A DNA stretch of 64,000 bases from an uncultured Pseudobdellovibrionaceae bacterium (GTDB lineage Bacteria; Bdellovibrionota; Bdellovibrionia; Bdellovibrionales; UBA1609): positions 24,233-88,232 of the forward strand of contig CAYHVK010000005.1 of assembly GCA_964360255.1 (NCBI GenBank), read 5' to 3'. The position numbers and the translations under genes are program-made. The notes under the pieces are model-generated. The model searched no databases, was not told the DNA's origin, and saw only the letters and a list, made by a program, of their open reading frames with translations. Below, piece by piece: positions 41,486 through 50,986 of this stretch (positions within the stretch are counted from its first letter, which is position 1; each line of letters opens with the position of its first letter).

Positions 41486-41599
41486 ACAGTTACTTGCAAC
41501 CTCCTCTAAATCTAAGACCGCCCTTCTTCAATCTTTTAGATATGCTCATTCAGATTTTGAAATATTTCTGTATTTCATGGAGGTTGTGTTCATTTACTA

Positions 41600-41639
41600 C
41601 TCCGATCGAAGTCGAGAGATTCCTCGACTTCGATCGGAG
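41600..41639. terminator. 17-bp perfect hairpin between convergent genes (bidirectional terminator)
   Basis: CTCCGATCGAAGTCGAG-agattc-CTCGACTTCGATCGGAG. Confidence 0.65.
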
Positions 41640-41699
41640 TGGTTTCGAGAAGGGTAGGACATCTAAGTATCGAGAGAAAAGCTGAAGGTCGAGTGTAGA

Positions 41700-42134
41700 T
41701 TAAGCGTCTAGCGTAGCTTGCGAAGTGGCATCACCACGAATCATTGTGGGCTGATAGCCTACAATATCGGTCGGCACGGCTCCGCCATAGGCTGCGCCTT
41801 TGAGGCCTGAGTAGTAGAGTGAGAAGATAATGCCGCGCAAGCCAAAGCGCACGAGCAAGAAAGGCATTGCGATAAAGGCGGGCCAGCGTGTGGCGCGCTC
41901 AAGAGTGGCCACTAAAAATGTCAGTACAAATGTTGGCATAAATGAAAGCACTGTGAGCAATAATCCTAAATCATTGCGGTCTTGATCGGGGAGATCAGTG
42001 ATCACGAGATCAATATGTTCAATGGCTCCTAGTTCTGAAAAAGCGGGGAAGGGAGCATTGGCGGGGCAGTAAATATCACCGATGCGATTAAAGACACCGA
42101 TTTGCCTCGCGCCGAGAAATTGCGAAGTGCTCAT
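41700..42134 (-). CDS. small membrane protein, putative partner subunit of the GMC oxidoreductase
   Basis: 144 aa with two or three hydrophobic helices. Its start overlaps the GMC stop by 4 nt. Confidence 0.55.
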   Translation of the reverse strand: MSTSQFLGARQIGVFNRIGDIYCPANAPFPAFSELGAIEHIDLVITDLPDQDRNDLGLLLTVLSFMPTFVLTFLVATLERATRWPAFIAMPFLLVRFGLRGIIFSLYYSGLKGAAYGGAVPTDIVGYQPTMIRGDATSQATLDA

Positions 42135-43561
42135 GTTAGGGCCTTTCTCACTGAGGTCGCCGCCATTTGGCTGAAGGCCATAATAGTCAGTGATGGATTC
42201 AATCCCGGTGCTGACGGAAATATACTGGAGTCAGCGATAAATACATTTTTATTTTCATGTAAGCTGAAGTCTGGTGCGACTACAGATTTTTTTGAATCCG
42301 TACCAATAGCGCATCCACCCATTAAATGGAGGCCAAAACCTTGCGCGCACTGAATGGTTTCGCGACCACCAACAGAGTCGAACATTTCGCGAACTAACTT
42401 TAAACCATTGTTCGCACGCTCGCGATCACGAGCGGTTATTTCTTTTTTAATGATCAGCTTGCCTTTTTTAACGGCGAGTTCGCCGCTGGCTTCATCACGT
42501 ATCGCCACTTCCATTGAAGACATGTAACGATAGCGCTTCATAATCTCTTGGTGTTTTTTGCCGTAACCATCAAAAAGCATAGATGTGGCAATTGGCGGCG
42601 CAAATACATTCTCGAATTTAATGCCCATTTTGCGCAGGCCCTTGTCATCAGACTTCACCGCTTGAAACGCTCCTTTGAAAGCATCGATAGGCTCATCAAA
42701 AAAGCTGTAAGACATGTATTGAGGGTGACAAGCGATGCCTTTACCTAAAGCTGGAGCTTTCGCACCGTAATCAGACTGTAATAAAATTTTAGAAGTTCCG
42801 AAGCTGCCAGCGGCTAATACAAGTTTGCGACATTGATACTGAACCGGTTTTTTTGCGCCATTTTCTTTGATGAACGCGCTGATAACCACGGGTTTGTGGC
42901 TACCATCACCGCTTGAGATGCTTTCTACTTCACAATTGGCTTGAACCTGAAGACCTTTTTTTTCAGCCCGAGCAATCCAAGTGGCCATTGTGCTTTGTTT
43001 TGAATTGCGGTGGCAGCCACCTAAGCAAACGATGCAATCATTGCCTTTTTCAAGGGCACAGTCTGTTTGACCACGACGAAGCGGCGTCCAGCCTAAACCT
43101 TTTTTATCAAAAGCATTTGTGAAGAGCTGAGAATTTTTATTAAAAAATTTTTTTTCAATTTTTTGCAAACTTAAGCTTTTCTCAACAGTTGAGTAAGCTT
43201 CTTCAATGTATGAATCAGAGAATTTGATTCCTGAGATATCAGACCATTCTGTCCAGACGGCATCGTCGAAACGATCGAGCAGAGCTTGATTTACAATTGA
43301 AGTGCCGCCAACAGCACGAGCTCTTAAGAAGCCTAATTGTGCGCTGGTGTTCAGCTCAACGCCACCACCCCAGAACAAATGGGCGGAGCTTAAAACTTCA
43401 GGTTTCGGAAAATCTTTGGCTTTAAAGTAAGGGCCGGCTTCGAGCATAAGAACTTTCGCTCCGCTTTCTATCATTTCTAAAGCGAGGCGACCACCTGAAG
43501 GGCCCGAGCCGACAACAATGACATCGTAAACAGCCGGAGTGCTGATGTTCACTGAACTCAT
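42131..43561 (-). CDS. GMC-family FAD oxidoreductase
   Basis: 476 aa. N-terminal YDVIVVGSGPSGGRLALEM...MLEAGP. C-terminal GMC-type block ending ADSSIFPSAPGLNPSLTIMA. Confidence 0.88.
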   Translation of the reverse strand: MSSVNISTPAVYDVIVVGSGPSGGRLALEMIESGAKVLMLEAGPYFKAKDFPKPEVLSSAHLFWGGGVELNTSAQLGFLRARAVGGTSIVNQALLDRFDDAVWTEWSDISGIKFSDSYIEEAYSTVEKSLSLQKIEKKFFNKNSQLFTNAFDKKGLGWTPLRRGQTDCALEKGNDCIVCLGGCHRNSKQSTMATWIARAEKKGLQVQANCEVESISSGDGSHKPVVISAFIKENGAKKPVQYQCRKLVLAAGSFGTSKILLQSDYGAKAPALGKGIACHPQYMSYSFFDEPIDAFKGAFQAVKSDDKGLRKMGIKFENVFAPPIATSMLFDGYGKKHQEIMKRYRYMSSMEVAIRDEASGELAVKKGKLIIKKEITARDRERANNGLKLVREMFDSVGGRETIQCAQGFGLHLMGGCAIGTDSKKSVVAPDFSLHENKNVFIADSSIFPSAPGLNPSLTIMAFSQMAATSVRKALT

Positions 43562-44250
43562 GCGATCTTGCCTCCTGCTGCCGGATTAGCGAATTGCGAA
43601 TAGAATTTGAAAATAAACCAAAGGCTTGTAGCGGTGAGGACGTGCCAAGTCGCGTGTCCGCTTATCCAATGAAGATCAGGATTGCATAAGATTCTCGAGC
43701 GATCGAGATTCCAGATTAAGAAAGCCAATTGTAAAGCAATGAAGCTGAAAATAAACCATCGGTAAGAGGGCTTTGTGGGATTTTTTCTCCACAAAAGAAA
43801 CTCTAAAATTACAAACCACGTGACTTGGCCAGCAAATAAAAAAGAGCCACTGAGGGGTTCGATAATTAAAATGGCCACGGTAATTAACCCTAAACTCACG
43901 GCGCAGATATTGGCTTTTTTCTGCGACCATAAATGCAGGCGGGCGTAGTTGGCTGAAATTAAATAGACTGAAATTAAAAACATAGATGAGAAGTCGACGA
44001 TCTCGCCGATCAAGCTGCCAGAGGCGTGATAAAATCCTGACATCAGGCCAAGAAGAATGGCGAAGAAACCTAAAATTCTTTGTGGACCTAAGTTGGCTTT
44101 TCTACATTCAATAAGAATCATAATGCCGATAATAATATAAGCCAGATTCGACCACGTGTTAGCGGGTTCGCGAATCCAAGAGCAGAGTTGGCGCTCACAC
44201 CACTGAAGAGTAGCTGGAGCTAATGTCGACCAGGGGCAGATGTCTTCCAT
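43558..44250 (-). CDS. alkaline ceramidase-like (CREST superfamily) seven-TM hydrolase
   Basis: Motifs WCE...IREPANTWSNLAYI, FYHAS, DFSSM and GHATWHVL match the conserved His/Ser/Asp/HxxxH set of ceramidase/PAQR-type hydrolases. Confidence 0.7.
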   Translation of the reverse strand: MEDICPWSTLAPATLQWCERQLCSWIREPANTWSNLAYIIIGIMILIECRKANLGPQRILGFFAILLGLMSGFYHASGSLIGEIVDFSSMFLISVYLISANYARLHLWSQKKANICAVSLGLITVAILIIEPLSGSFLFAGQVTWFVILEFLLWRKNPTKPSYRWFIFSFIALQLAFLIWNLDRSRILCNPDLHWISGHATWHVLTATSLWFIFKFYSQFANPAAGGKIA

Positions 44251-44305
44251 GTCTTAAAAGCGTAAGGGGACAATGGGCAATTGTATAGCGTTGGTGTACA
44301 AAAAA

Positions 44306-44722
44306 TTAAGATTTTTTCGGTTGCACCGCTTCAAGCCATTCAGGAATGGGTGAAATGATTTTACGCTTCTGCATATCGAAAAGTGCGATGGTGAGTTCGA
44401 TTTCGCTACAGACCTCGCCTTTAGCGTTGGTCATCGTTTGAAAGACTTTTGCAATCTTGCCCGTATAAGGAGGGCAGCGAGAAGTAATTTTAATGCGTTC
44501 ACGAGCCTTTAGTTCTCGCTTATATCTAACAGTCACCTCAAGAATGGTCGGGCCAATTTGAAGGTCTTTGATTTTATCAAGGCCGAATCCACCTGAAGAG
44601 ATCCACTCCCAGCGAGCCTGTTCATAAATCTTTAAGTAATTGGCATGATTCACATGGCCAAAAGTATCGAGATCAGTTTCTTGAATAATTATATCATGTT
44701 GGTGTTCGTAAGGTTGCGTCAT
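44306..44722 (-). CDS. 4HBT/YbgC-type acyl-CoA thioesterase
   Basis: 138 aa hotdog fold. Motif ETDLDTFGHVNHANYLKIYEQARWEW. Confidence 0.8.
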   Translation of the reverse strand: MTQPYEHQHDIIIQETDLDTFGHVNHANYLKIYEQARWEWISSGGFGLDKIKDLQIGPTILEVTVRYKRELKARERIKITSRCPPYTGKIAKVFQTMTNAKGEVCSEIELTIALFDMQKRKIISPIPEWLEAVQPKKS

Positions 44723-46107
44723 GATTTCGCCACCACCGATGTGGGCGCTTCTTTAATTTTTTTCGCGAGAAAGAAACAAAGAACTACGGCTGGAATTCCG
44801 ATGAGTGCAGTGATCAAAAAGAAAATGGCATAGGCTTCAAAGAGTTGATGTGTGCTCTTAAGTGAATCGACAATAAGTCCAGAAGTCCCTCTCAGAGTTT
44901 TTCCTAATAGAGTGTAGAATGAGCTTAAGAGAGCATACTGAGTGGCTGTGTAGCCGATTGAGGTCAGGGTCGACATGTATCCGACGAGCGCGGTTCCGGC
45001 AAAGCCGGTGGAAAAGTTATCAATCAACATAACCGTAGCGAAAACATCATGCTGACTTCCCATGAGTGCCAAATATGAAAACCCAAGGTTTGATGCCGGG
45101 CCTAAAATTGCGCCTAAGATCATCGTAGTTCTCAGGCCGAAACGAATGGCACAGAGTCCTGCAGCTGCGATACCAGCGAGTGAAGCGAAGAGTCCAATCG
45201 ATCCGCGCACGGCGCCGACCACTTCTTTGGCTATTCCGAGATCGGCGTAAAGTGGGTTGGCCATTGGGCCCATGAAAAAATCAGGTAGTCGATAAAGACT
45301 CACTGCTGCTAAAATTAAAGCGGCCTGCGCGCCGTGGGCTTTAAAAAACTGAATAAACGGACCAGCAATGGCGTCATACATTGAACGTAAAGAAACTTTT
45401 GCTCCCTTGATGGTTTCAACCGCTGATCGTGTCGGTTCAATGGCGAAGAAAGTTGCAATAACTCCGACGCTCATTAATGCGGCCATTGTCATGTAAGAAA
45501 GCGACCAGCCCATTTGAGCGGCGAGAATAAGAATCAATGAGTCTGTGACTAAAAGAGCGGCTCGATAACCAAGCTGATACGATGAGGATAACATGGCCAT
45601 CTCTTCGCTGTTCTCAGAGGCTTCGATTCGCCAAGCATCGATAACAATATCTTGGGTTGAGCTGGCAAAGGCGGCGAGTGCAGCAAGTGCTGTAAATAAA
45701 CCGATTCCGCCCTCGGGCTGAATAATCGCCATCGCTATTAGTGCAAATGCGATTAAGAGTTGTGCTAATACCATCCAGCCGCGTCGGCGACCCAGAAAAC
45801 GTCCTAAAATAGGTGCATCTATTTTATCAACAAGTGGGGCCCACAAAAACTTAAATGAATAGGCAAACCCGATCCAAGAAATAAAGCCGATTGTAGTGAG
45901 CTCAATTCCGCCTTCTCGTAGCCAGTATCCCATCGTATTGCCAACCAACATAAATGGTAAGCCCGCAGCAAAACCCAAACCTAGCATGACAGCAACTTTT
46001 GGCTGGCCAACCGCACGAAGGGTGTCTTTCCAGGTGAGCTTACGTGAGACTTTATCGACTTGTGTATTGGACAAGGTGCAACTCCTGTTGAATATGGCTG
46101 AACTCAA
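44719..46107 (-). CDS. AmpG-family MFS transporter
   Basis: 462 aa, roughly 12-14 TM helices. Motif GLGFAAGLPFMLVGNTMGYWLREGG...FKFLWAPLVD is typical of the AmpG/acetyl-CoA-transporter family. Confidence 0.8.
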   Translation of the reverse strand: MSSAIFNRSCTLSNTQVDKVSRKLTWKDTLRAVGQPKVAVMLGLGFAAGLPFMLVGNTMGYWLREGGIELTTIGFISWIGFAYSFKFLWAPLVDKIDAPILGRFLGRRRGWMVLAQLLIAFALIAMAIIQPEGGIGLFTALAALAAFASSTQDIVIDAWRIEASENSEEMAMLSSSYQLGYRAALLVTDSLILILAAQMGWSLSYMTMAALMSVGVIATFFAIEPTRSAVETIKGAKVSLRSMYDAIAGPFIQFFKAHGAQAALILAAVSLYRLPDFFMGPMANPLYADLGIAKEVVGAVRGSIGLFASLAGIAAAGLCAIRFGLRTTMILGAILGPASNLGFSYLALMGSQHDVFATVMLIDNFSTGFAGTALVGYMSTLTSIGYTATQYALLSSFYTLLGKTLRGTSGLIVDSLKSTHQLFEAYAIFFLITALIGIPAVVLCFFLAKKIKEAPTSVVAKS

Positions 46108-46214
46108 TTAAATTGGAACGCTGAAGGCCACAGTTGGCAAGTGTTGTTTGTGAAGTTCTCTATAAAAACTTTTGCCTATTTGCAAAGTTTAGAAACACTA
46201 GAGATACTAATATT

Positions 46215-47144
46215 ATGAAAATTTTAAGCCTCAAAGAATCCATTGAGAAGTTGTCGCAGTTAAATGTGAAACGCAAATACTGGGTGATGTACTCGAGTTT
46301 GTACGGCGGGCTTGTGAAAGACCCTGAAGCTATGGTGATTCCGCTTGATGATCATATGGTTCATCGCGGAGACGGAATTTTTGAAGCCTTTCGTTTTCAT
46401 AATAAAAAGATTTTTGATGTTGATGGTCACTTAAACCGTCTTTTGCGCTCGGCCGATCTTGTTTCACTTAAGATGCCCTTTTCTAAAGATGAAATTGCAA
46501 ATATTTGCCAGGCTGTAGTCGATAATTCGCCAGAGCCAGTCGGCATGCTCCGCTTATTTGTCTCTCGTGGTTTTGGTGATTTTTCTCCTAACCCTTATAG
46601 TACAACGGGGTCACAGCTGTTTGTGGTTTCGATGCCGTTTAATCAGCTGCCGACTGAGAAGTATGAAAAAGGGGCGAGCATTGGTTTTTCAAAAGTGGCG
46701 GTTAAGCCCGGTGTATTTGCGCAGGTGAAAAGCTGCAATTATTTGCCAAATGTACTCACCAAAAAAGAATCCATCGATAATGGTTGGGACTTTTCTATTA
46801 ATGTCACAGAAGAGGGGTGGATTGCCGAAGGTCCGACGGAGAATATTTTAGTTTTAAATGCGAAGAATGAATTGTTGGCTCCGAAGTTTGATTACACCCT
46901 TCGCGGTACGACTTTACTGAAAGTTTTAGAGCTGGCCGAGAGGTTTAAATCTCAGCTGGGTTTGACTCAAATCACCAACGCCGATGTTAAGGCGCAAGAT
47001 TTGGTAAAAGCGAAAGAAGTAATGATGGTAGGTACAACTCTTGGAGTACTGCCGGTGACCAAAGCAAATGGCCAAGCCTTAGGTCTAGGTTGCCCGGGGC
47101 CTGTTGCCAAGCTTTTAAATTCTGAGCTGAACAAGTTATTTTAA
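46215..47144 (+). CDS. class IV (branched-chain / D-amino acid) aminotransferase family protein
   Basis: ATG 46215. Motifs HRGDGIFEAFRF and the PLP-lysine context QVKSCNYLPNVLTKKE. Confidence 0.8.
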   Translation: MKILSLKESIEKLSQLNVKRKYWVMYSSLYGGLVKDPEAMVIPLDDHMVHRGDGIFEAFRFHNKKIFDVDGHLNRLLRSADLVSLKMPFSKDEIANICQAVVDNSPEPVGMLRLFVSRGFGDFSPNPYSTTGSQLFVVSMPFNQLPTEKYEKGASIGFSKVAVKPGVFAQVKSCNYLPNVLTKKESIDNGWDFSINVTEEGWIAEGPTENILVLNAKNELLAPKFDYTLRGTTLLKVLELAERFKSQLGLTQITNADVKAQDLVKAKEVMMVGTTLGVLPVTKANGQALGLGCPGPVAKLLNSELNKLF

Positions 47145-47242
47145 GAGGTACCAGTTTACTTTCCACATTTTCCGGACAGCCTCGGCCTTTTCAATTTGCC
47201 CAAACATTGACATTGAAGCCAGAAATCCAAATGCTTGAGGGT

Positions 47243-47584
47243 ATGTCTACTTTATTTAGTAAAATTATTGATAAACAAATTCCGGCAAAGATTGTTCACG
47301 AAGATGAGCTTTGTTTAGCCTTTCATGATATTCATCCTCAGGCCCCAACGCATATTTTGATTATCCCTAAAAAAGAAATTCGCTCGATGGCAGAGATTAC
47401 TGAAGAAGATAAAGTGATTCTCGGGCACTTAATGTTTACCGCGAATCAAATAGCCGAAAAAGTCGGCGTTAAAGATAAAGGCTACCGTCTTGTTGTTAAC
47501 ACCAATCAGTGGGGCGGGCAGACGGTTTATCATCTTCATATTCACTTGCTTAGCGGCCGCGCTTTGAGCTGGCCACCTGGGTAA
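47243..47584 (+). CDS. HIT-family (HinT-like) nucleotide hydrolase
   Basis: Histidine triad VYHLHIHLL; N-terminal FSKIIDKQIPAKIVHEDE. Start is ambiguous (47231 or 47243). Confidence 0.88.
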   Translation: MSTLFSKIIDKQIPAKIVHEDELCLAFHDIHPQAPTHILIIPKKEIRSMAEITEEDKVILGHLMFTANQIAEKVGVKDKGYRLVVNTNQWGGQTVYHLHIHLLSGRALSWPPG

Positions 47585-47609
47585 TTTAACGTTAACTCGA
47601 CAAAGTGCG

Positions 47610-47707
47610 AGTTGCCGTACTGAGCAAAACAACCATCGGACTTAGCTAAAATCAAATTGAGATCCAATAGATTTGAATACATTCGTATTTTGCTCAGTTG
47701 GGCAACT
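47610..47707 (+). repeat. 98-nt element with terminal inverted repeats, copy B
   Basis: Same length and orientation as 2038-2135, with 71/98 gapless identities. It begins 26 nt after the HIT gene stop. Confidence 0.7.
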
Positions 47708-47820
47708 GACCTTTTAACACACATACGTACATCCAGCAGACCTCTGTCTATTCGGGACAGTTTTGGACTCTTTTTACGAGATAAATCACCGATAATATAG
47801 AGGGACTAGGAGTAATTTTT

Positions 47821-48915
47821 TTGCTGAAACCGATTTTAGAATGTCCAGTTTGCAACTGCAGTGGCTTTAAAAGCCTTTACGCGCTTAGCAGCGCGGATGT
47901 GGTGCAATGTACAGACTGCGATCTTCTTTACGTGCCGATGCCGACTCCTGAAGTGACTTCGATTTATAAGGCTTCTTACTTCAAAGGTGATCAAGAAGTT
48001 CATGGCTATGGTAATTACGAAGATGAATACGAGAGCCACTATAAAACTTTTGAACATCGAATTAAAGAAACTGAAATGGTTATGGGTGGCAAGGGCCGTG
48101 TGCTGGATGTGGGCTGTGCCCTCGGACACTTCGGCAAAGTCGCTAAAGACCGCGGCTGGGATGTCTTTGTTACCGACGTCTCTGATTTTGCCGTTCAGAA
48201 ATCGGCGATTCAGTACGGCCTGAAAGGTTTTGTTTCATCGCCAGATAAATTGCCAGTAAAGCCCGGTCAGTTTGATTGCATCACTCTTTTTGATGTGATC
48301 GAGCACGTCAGTCAGCCACTCGAGCTTCTGCAGAATATGCGCGAAGCTTTAAATAGAAATGGTGTTCTTCATTTGACGACGCCAAATCAAAATTCTTTAT
48401 CAGCCAAGCTCATGGGTAAACACTGGTATCACTTGAAGCCAGAAGAGCATCTGCTCTACTTCAGTCCCTCAACGATCAAACTCGCTTTAGAGAAGACGGG
48501 TTTTGAAGTTATTCAGCTGAGGCCAATGGCTACTTTCATGCGTGTAAAAGATATTTTTATGCGCCTCAGACGTTATTCAAAGTTTATCGCGAGTGCTGGG
48601 CTCAAAATTTCTAAAATGCTTGGCCTTGATGAGAAAATCATCAAAATCTATGTCGGTGAAATGGAAGTGTGGGCACGCCCTCAGCGCTCTGAAGAGCGGA
48701 AGCATGTGAAAGTCCCTCATCCCGTTGATGTACCGCAATCGAGTGTATTTGATGTTGTTTGCTGTCCGAACTGCAAAAGCTCTATCTATAAAGAAGAGAT
48801 TCAGAAAACAGAAGAAATTCTCTGTACGAACTGCGATTCTTCGTATGAAATAGTCGCAGGAGTCATTGATTTTTCACGTTATGGCAAAAGAAACTCGAGA
48901 GCACGCGCAGTTTGA
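47821..48915 (+). CDS. class I SAM-dependent methyltransferase flanked by zinc-ribbon modules
   Basis: TTG start. N-terminal CPVCNC...CTDCDL. SAM motif I VLDVGCALGHFG. C-terminal Trm112-like CCPNCKS...CTNCDSSYEIVAGVIDF. Confidence 0.8.
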   Translation: MLKPILECPVCNCSGFKSLYALSSADVVQCTDCDLLYVPMPTPEVTSIYKASYFKGDQEVHGYGNYEDEYESHYKTFEHRIKETEMVMGGKGRVLDVGCALGHFGKVAKDRGWDVFVTDVSDFAVQKSAIQYGLKGFVSSPDKLPVKPGQFDCITLFDVIEHVSQPLELLQNMREALNRNGVLHLTTPNQNSLSAKLMGKHWYHLKPEEHLLYFSPSTIKLALEKTGFEVIQLRPMATFMRVKDIFMRLRRYSKFIASAGLKISKMLGLDEKIIKIYVGEMEVWARPQRSEERKHVKVPHPVDVPQSSVFDVVCCPNCKSSIYKEEIQKTEEILCTNCDSSYEIVAGVIDFSRYGKRNSRARAV

Positions 48916-50986
48916 ATTCTCTGATCGGCAATATTCTGCTTTTCTCTTCTTTATTTCGTTTCTAATTTTCGCTTTCACATCGGCCCACTCCGTCACATTT
49001 GAAGATTCCGGACTCTTTATCAGCGCCATTAAAGCTCTCGGTTTGCCGCAGCCTCCAGGCTATCCTCTTTATATTCTTCTGGGGCATGTCTTTACCTACA
49101 TACCGTTAGGCTCATTAGCTTATCGCATCCACTTGCTTTCAAATATTCTCGGAGCAGGAACCGCCGTATTTTTATTTCTTTCACTGCGACAATTAAAATT
49201 CCCGAAGTGGTCGTCATTTTTCTCAGCCCTCGCAGTGGTGACGGGCAGTACTTTCTGGAGCCAAATGATCGTGGCCGAAGTTTACCCTCTGCATATTTTT
49301 ATTTTCTCAGTTTTATTTTATCTCGCACTTTTGATTTTAAAATCTTACGAGCCAAAAAAACCGAACGAAAGTCATCAGAATCGGCTTTATATTTTGTTTG
49401 GAGTAGTTTTGGGCCTGGGTTTAGCCAATCACTGGCCACTTCTTGTTATCGGCACTCCGCTCATACTTTTCTTCGTTTGGCCCATCAAAAAACAAATCTT
49501 CAAGCAAAGCTGGAAGTGGTTGGGGAGTAGTCTTTTAACCGCCGCGGTATTTTATGGCTTTATGATGTGGCGCTCGCAAGCCAGCCCGGTGATTTCTTTC
49601 TTGGGGCCGCTTGATTCATTCGGTGATTTGATGGGCTACATCAATCGCAGTTATTACCGGGTGATTGAAAACAAATGGGATTCAACATTTGTTGATAAGC
49701 TTTACTTCTTAGGTGATTTTATTTTCGGTTTAGTCTGGCGCGAATGGTTTTTAGTCGGCGCTGTTTTCGTTCTTGGTTGTTACTCGGCCATAAAAAAGTA
49801 TTCAAGAATCCAAATTGTCGGATTGCTTTTCGGTCTTTTGGCCACGCCCATCGTTTTACCCATTCAATTGCCGTTTGAGTTCAATCTCCTCAATCAAAAC
49901 GTACTTAAAGTTTTTCACCTAGTTTCATATTTTGCAGCTGGCTTGATACTGCCTTATGGCTTTGAAATGATTCGAGCTTGGCGGGCGAAATTATTTATTC
50001 CAATAGCGTCAGGTGTCGTAGCGCTCACCATTATTCTCAACTTTATTGATAATGATCTTCGCACCGATCATTTTGCCGAAGATTATGGGCGTGTGATACT
50101 GAGTTTTATCCCCCCTTCAGATAAAATTCGTCCTTTAGTAGCGGGTACAGATGCCGACGTTGGCCCTCTGTCATACATTCGTTACGGATTGGGTGAACGC
50201 GCAGATCTGAACTTGTACACTCAATCTGGCGTTTTCTTTGATCACCGTATTTTTGATCCTTGGATGTTTAAAAAAAGCGTTCGAGTAGAGAAGACCGAGA
50301 ATTTCTTAAAAGACAATGAGATTGTTTACTCAACGAAGGTACTCGATATTCTCGAGGCGCGCACCAATCTACCCTTTGTTTTCAACTTCAATGGTCTCCT
50401 TTACGAAATATCTTTGCAGACAAAACCACCACTCGGGGCTGATCAGGTGACTTTGACTCTAGTGAAACAGGCTCTTGCTGATTATATCAAAAATCCGCAC
50501 GTTTCAAATTGGCTCTACCATCGTGAGGTTATTGCAGCTCGTCTCTGTAACTTTTTAATTTTGCGTGAGCCGACTGGCGAACCATTTGAGAAAATTAGAA
50601 GCTGCAAACAAGTTAGAGCTCGGCATCTAGCTAAAGAAAAACAATTTGCTGCGGCCGATACGATTTACAAAGAATTAATTGGCTCAGCTCAAGATATGAT
50701 TTCAGCAGAACGCCACTCGCTTCGTTACTTCCAATTGATCAATCGCTTAGACCAAATCAACACCGAGCCCAAATCTATTGATCAAAAATACGCCAGCTTC
50801 TCTGAAGCCATTGAATATGCGGCTCCAGCTTTAGACGATTATAAAGAGTGTGATAACAACGTAGTGACTGTGATTAAATCTGTTGAGGGACGCGTCCCTT
50901 TAAGCGAAAACGTTAAGACAAAGCTCGCTCGATTTGCGAAATGTAAAGCGAAACCAGCGGCTCAGCCCGCAGGTCGGAATAGATGA
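48881..50986 (+). CDS. DUF2723 / PMT-like (GT-C fold) polytopic glycosyltransferase-like protein with helical-repeat C-terminus
   Basis: Motif FEDSGLFISAIKALGLPQPPGYPLYILLG resembles the DUF2723/TMEM260 signature. More than 10 TM helices. Overlaps the methyltransferase 3' end. Confidence 0.75.
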   Translation: MAKETREHAQFEFSDRQYSAFLFFISFLIFAFTSAHSVTFEDSGLFISAIKALGLPQPPGYPLYILLGHVFTYIPLGSLAYRIHLLSNILGAGTAVFLFLSLRQLKFPKWSSFFSALAVVTGSTFWSQMIVAEVYPLHIFIFSVLFYLALLILKSYEPKKPNESHQNRLYILFGVVLGLGLANHWPLLVIGTPLILFFVWPIKKQIFKQSWKWLGSSLLTAAVFYGFMMWRSQASPVISFLGPLDSFGDLMGYINRSYYRVIENKWDSTFVDKLYFLGDFIFGLVWREWFLVGAVFVLGCYSAIKKYSRIQIVGLLFGLLATPIVLPIQLPFEFNLLNQNVLKVFHLVSYFAAGLILPYGFEMIRAWRAKLFIPIASGVVALTIILNFIDNDLRTDHFAEDYGRVILSFIPPSDKIRPLVAGTDADVGPLSYIRYGLGERADLNLYTQSGVFFDHRIFDPWMFKKSVRVEKTENFLKDNEIVYSTKVLDILEARTNLPFVFNFNGLLYEISLQTKPPLGADQVTLTLVKQALADYIKNPHVSNWLYHREVIAARLCNFLILREPTGEPFEKIRSCKQVRARHLAKEKQFAAADTIYKELIGSAQDMISAERHSLRYFQLINRLDQINTEPKSIDQKYASFSEAIEYAAPALDDYKECDNNVVTVIKSVEGRVPLSENVKTKLARFAKCKAKPAAQPAGRNR

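Noticed and set aside
41460-41685. Two 65-70-aa ORFs in the spacer after the PLP-enzyme gene
   Set aside because: They read through the 17-bp terminator hairpin (41600-41639) and overlap the upstream gene's end. There is no RBS.
46166-46190. Imperfect palindrome AAACTTTTGC-ctattt-GCAAAGTTT upstream of the class IV aminotransferase gene as an operator
   Set aside because: It is short, imperfect (one extra T) and unique in the window. I cannot distinguish it from chance in AT-rich promoter DNA.
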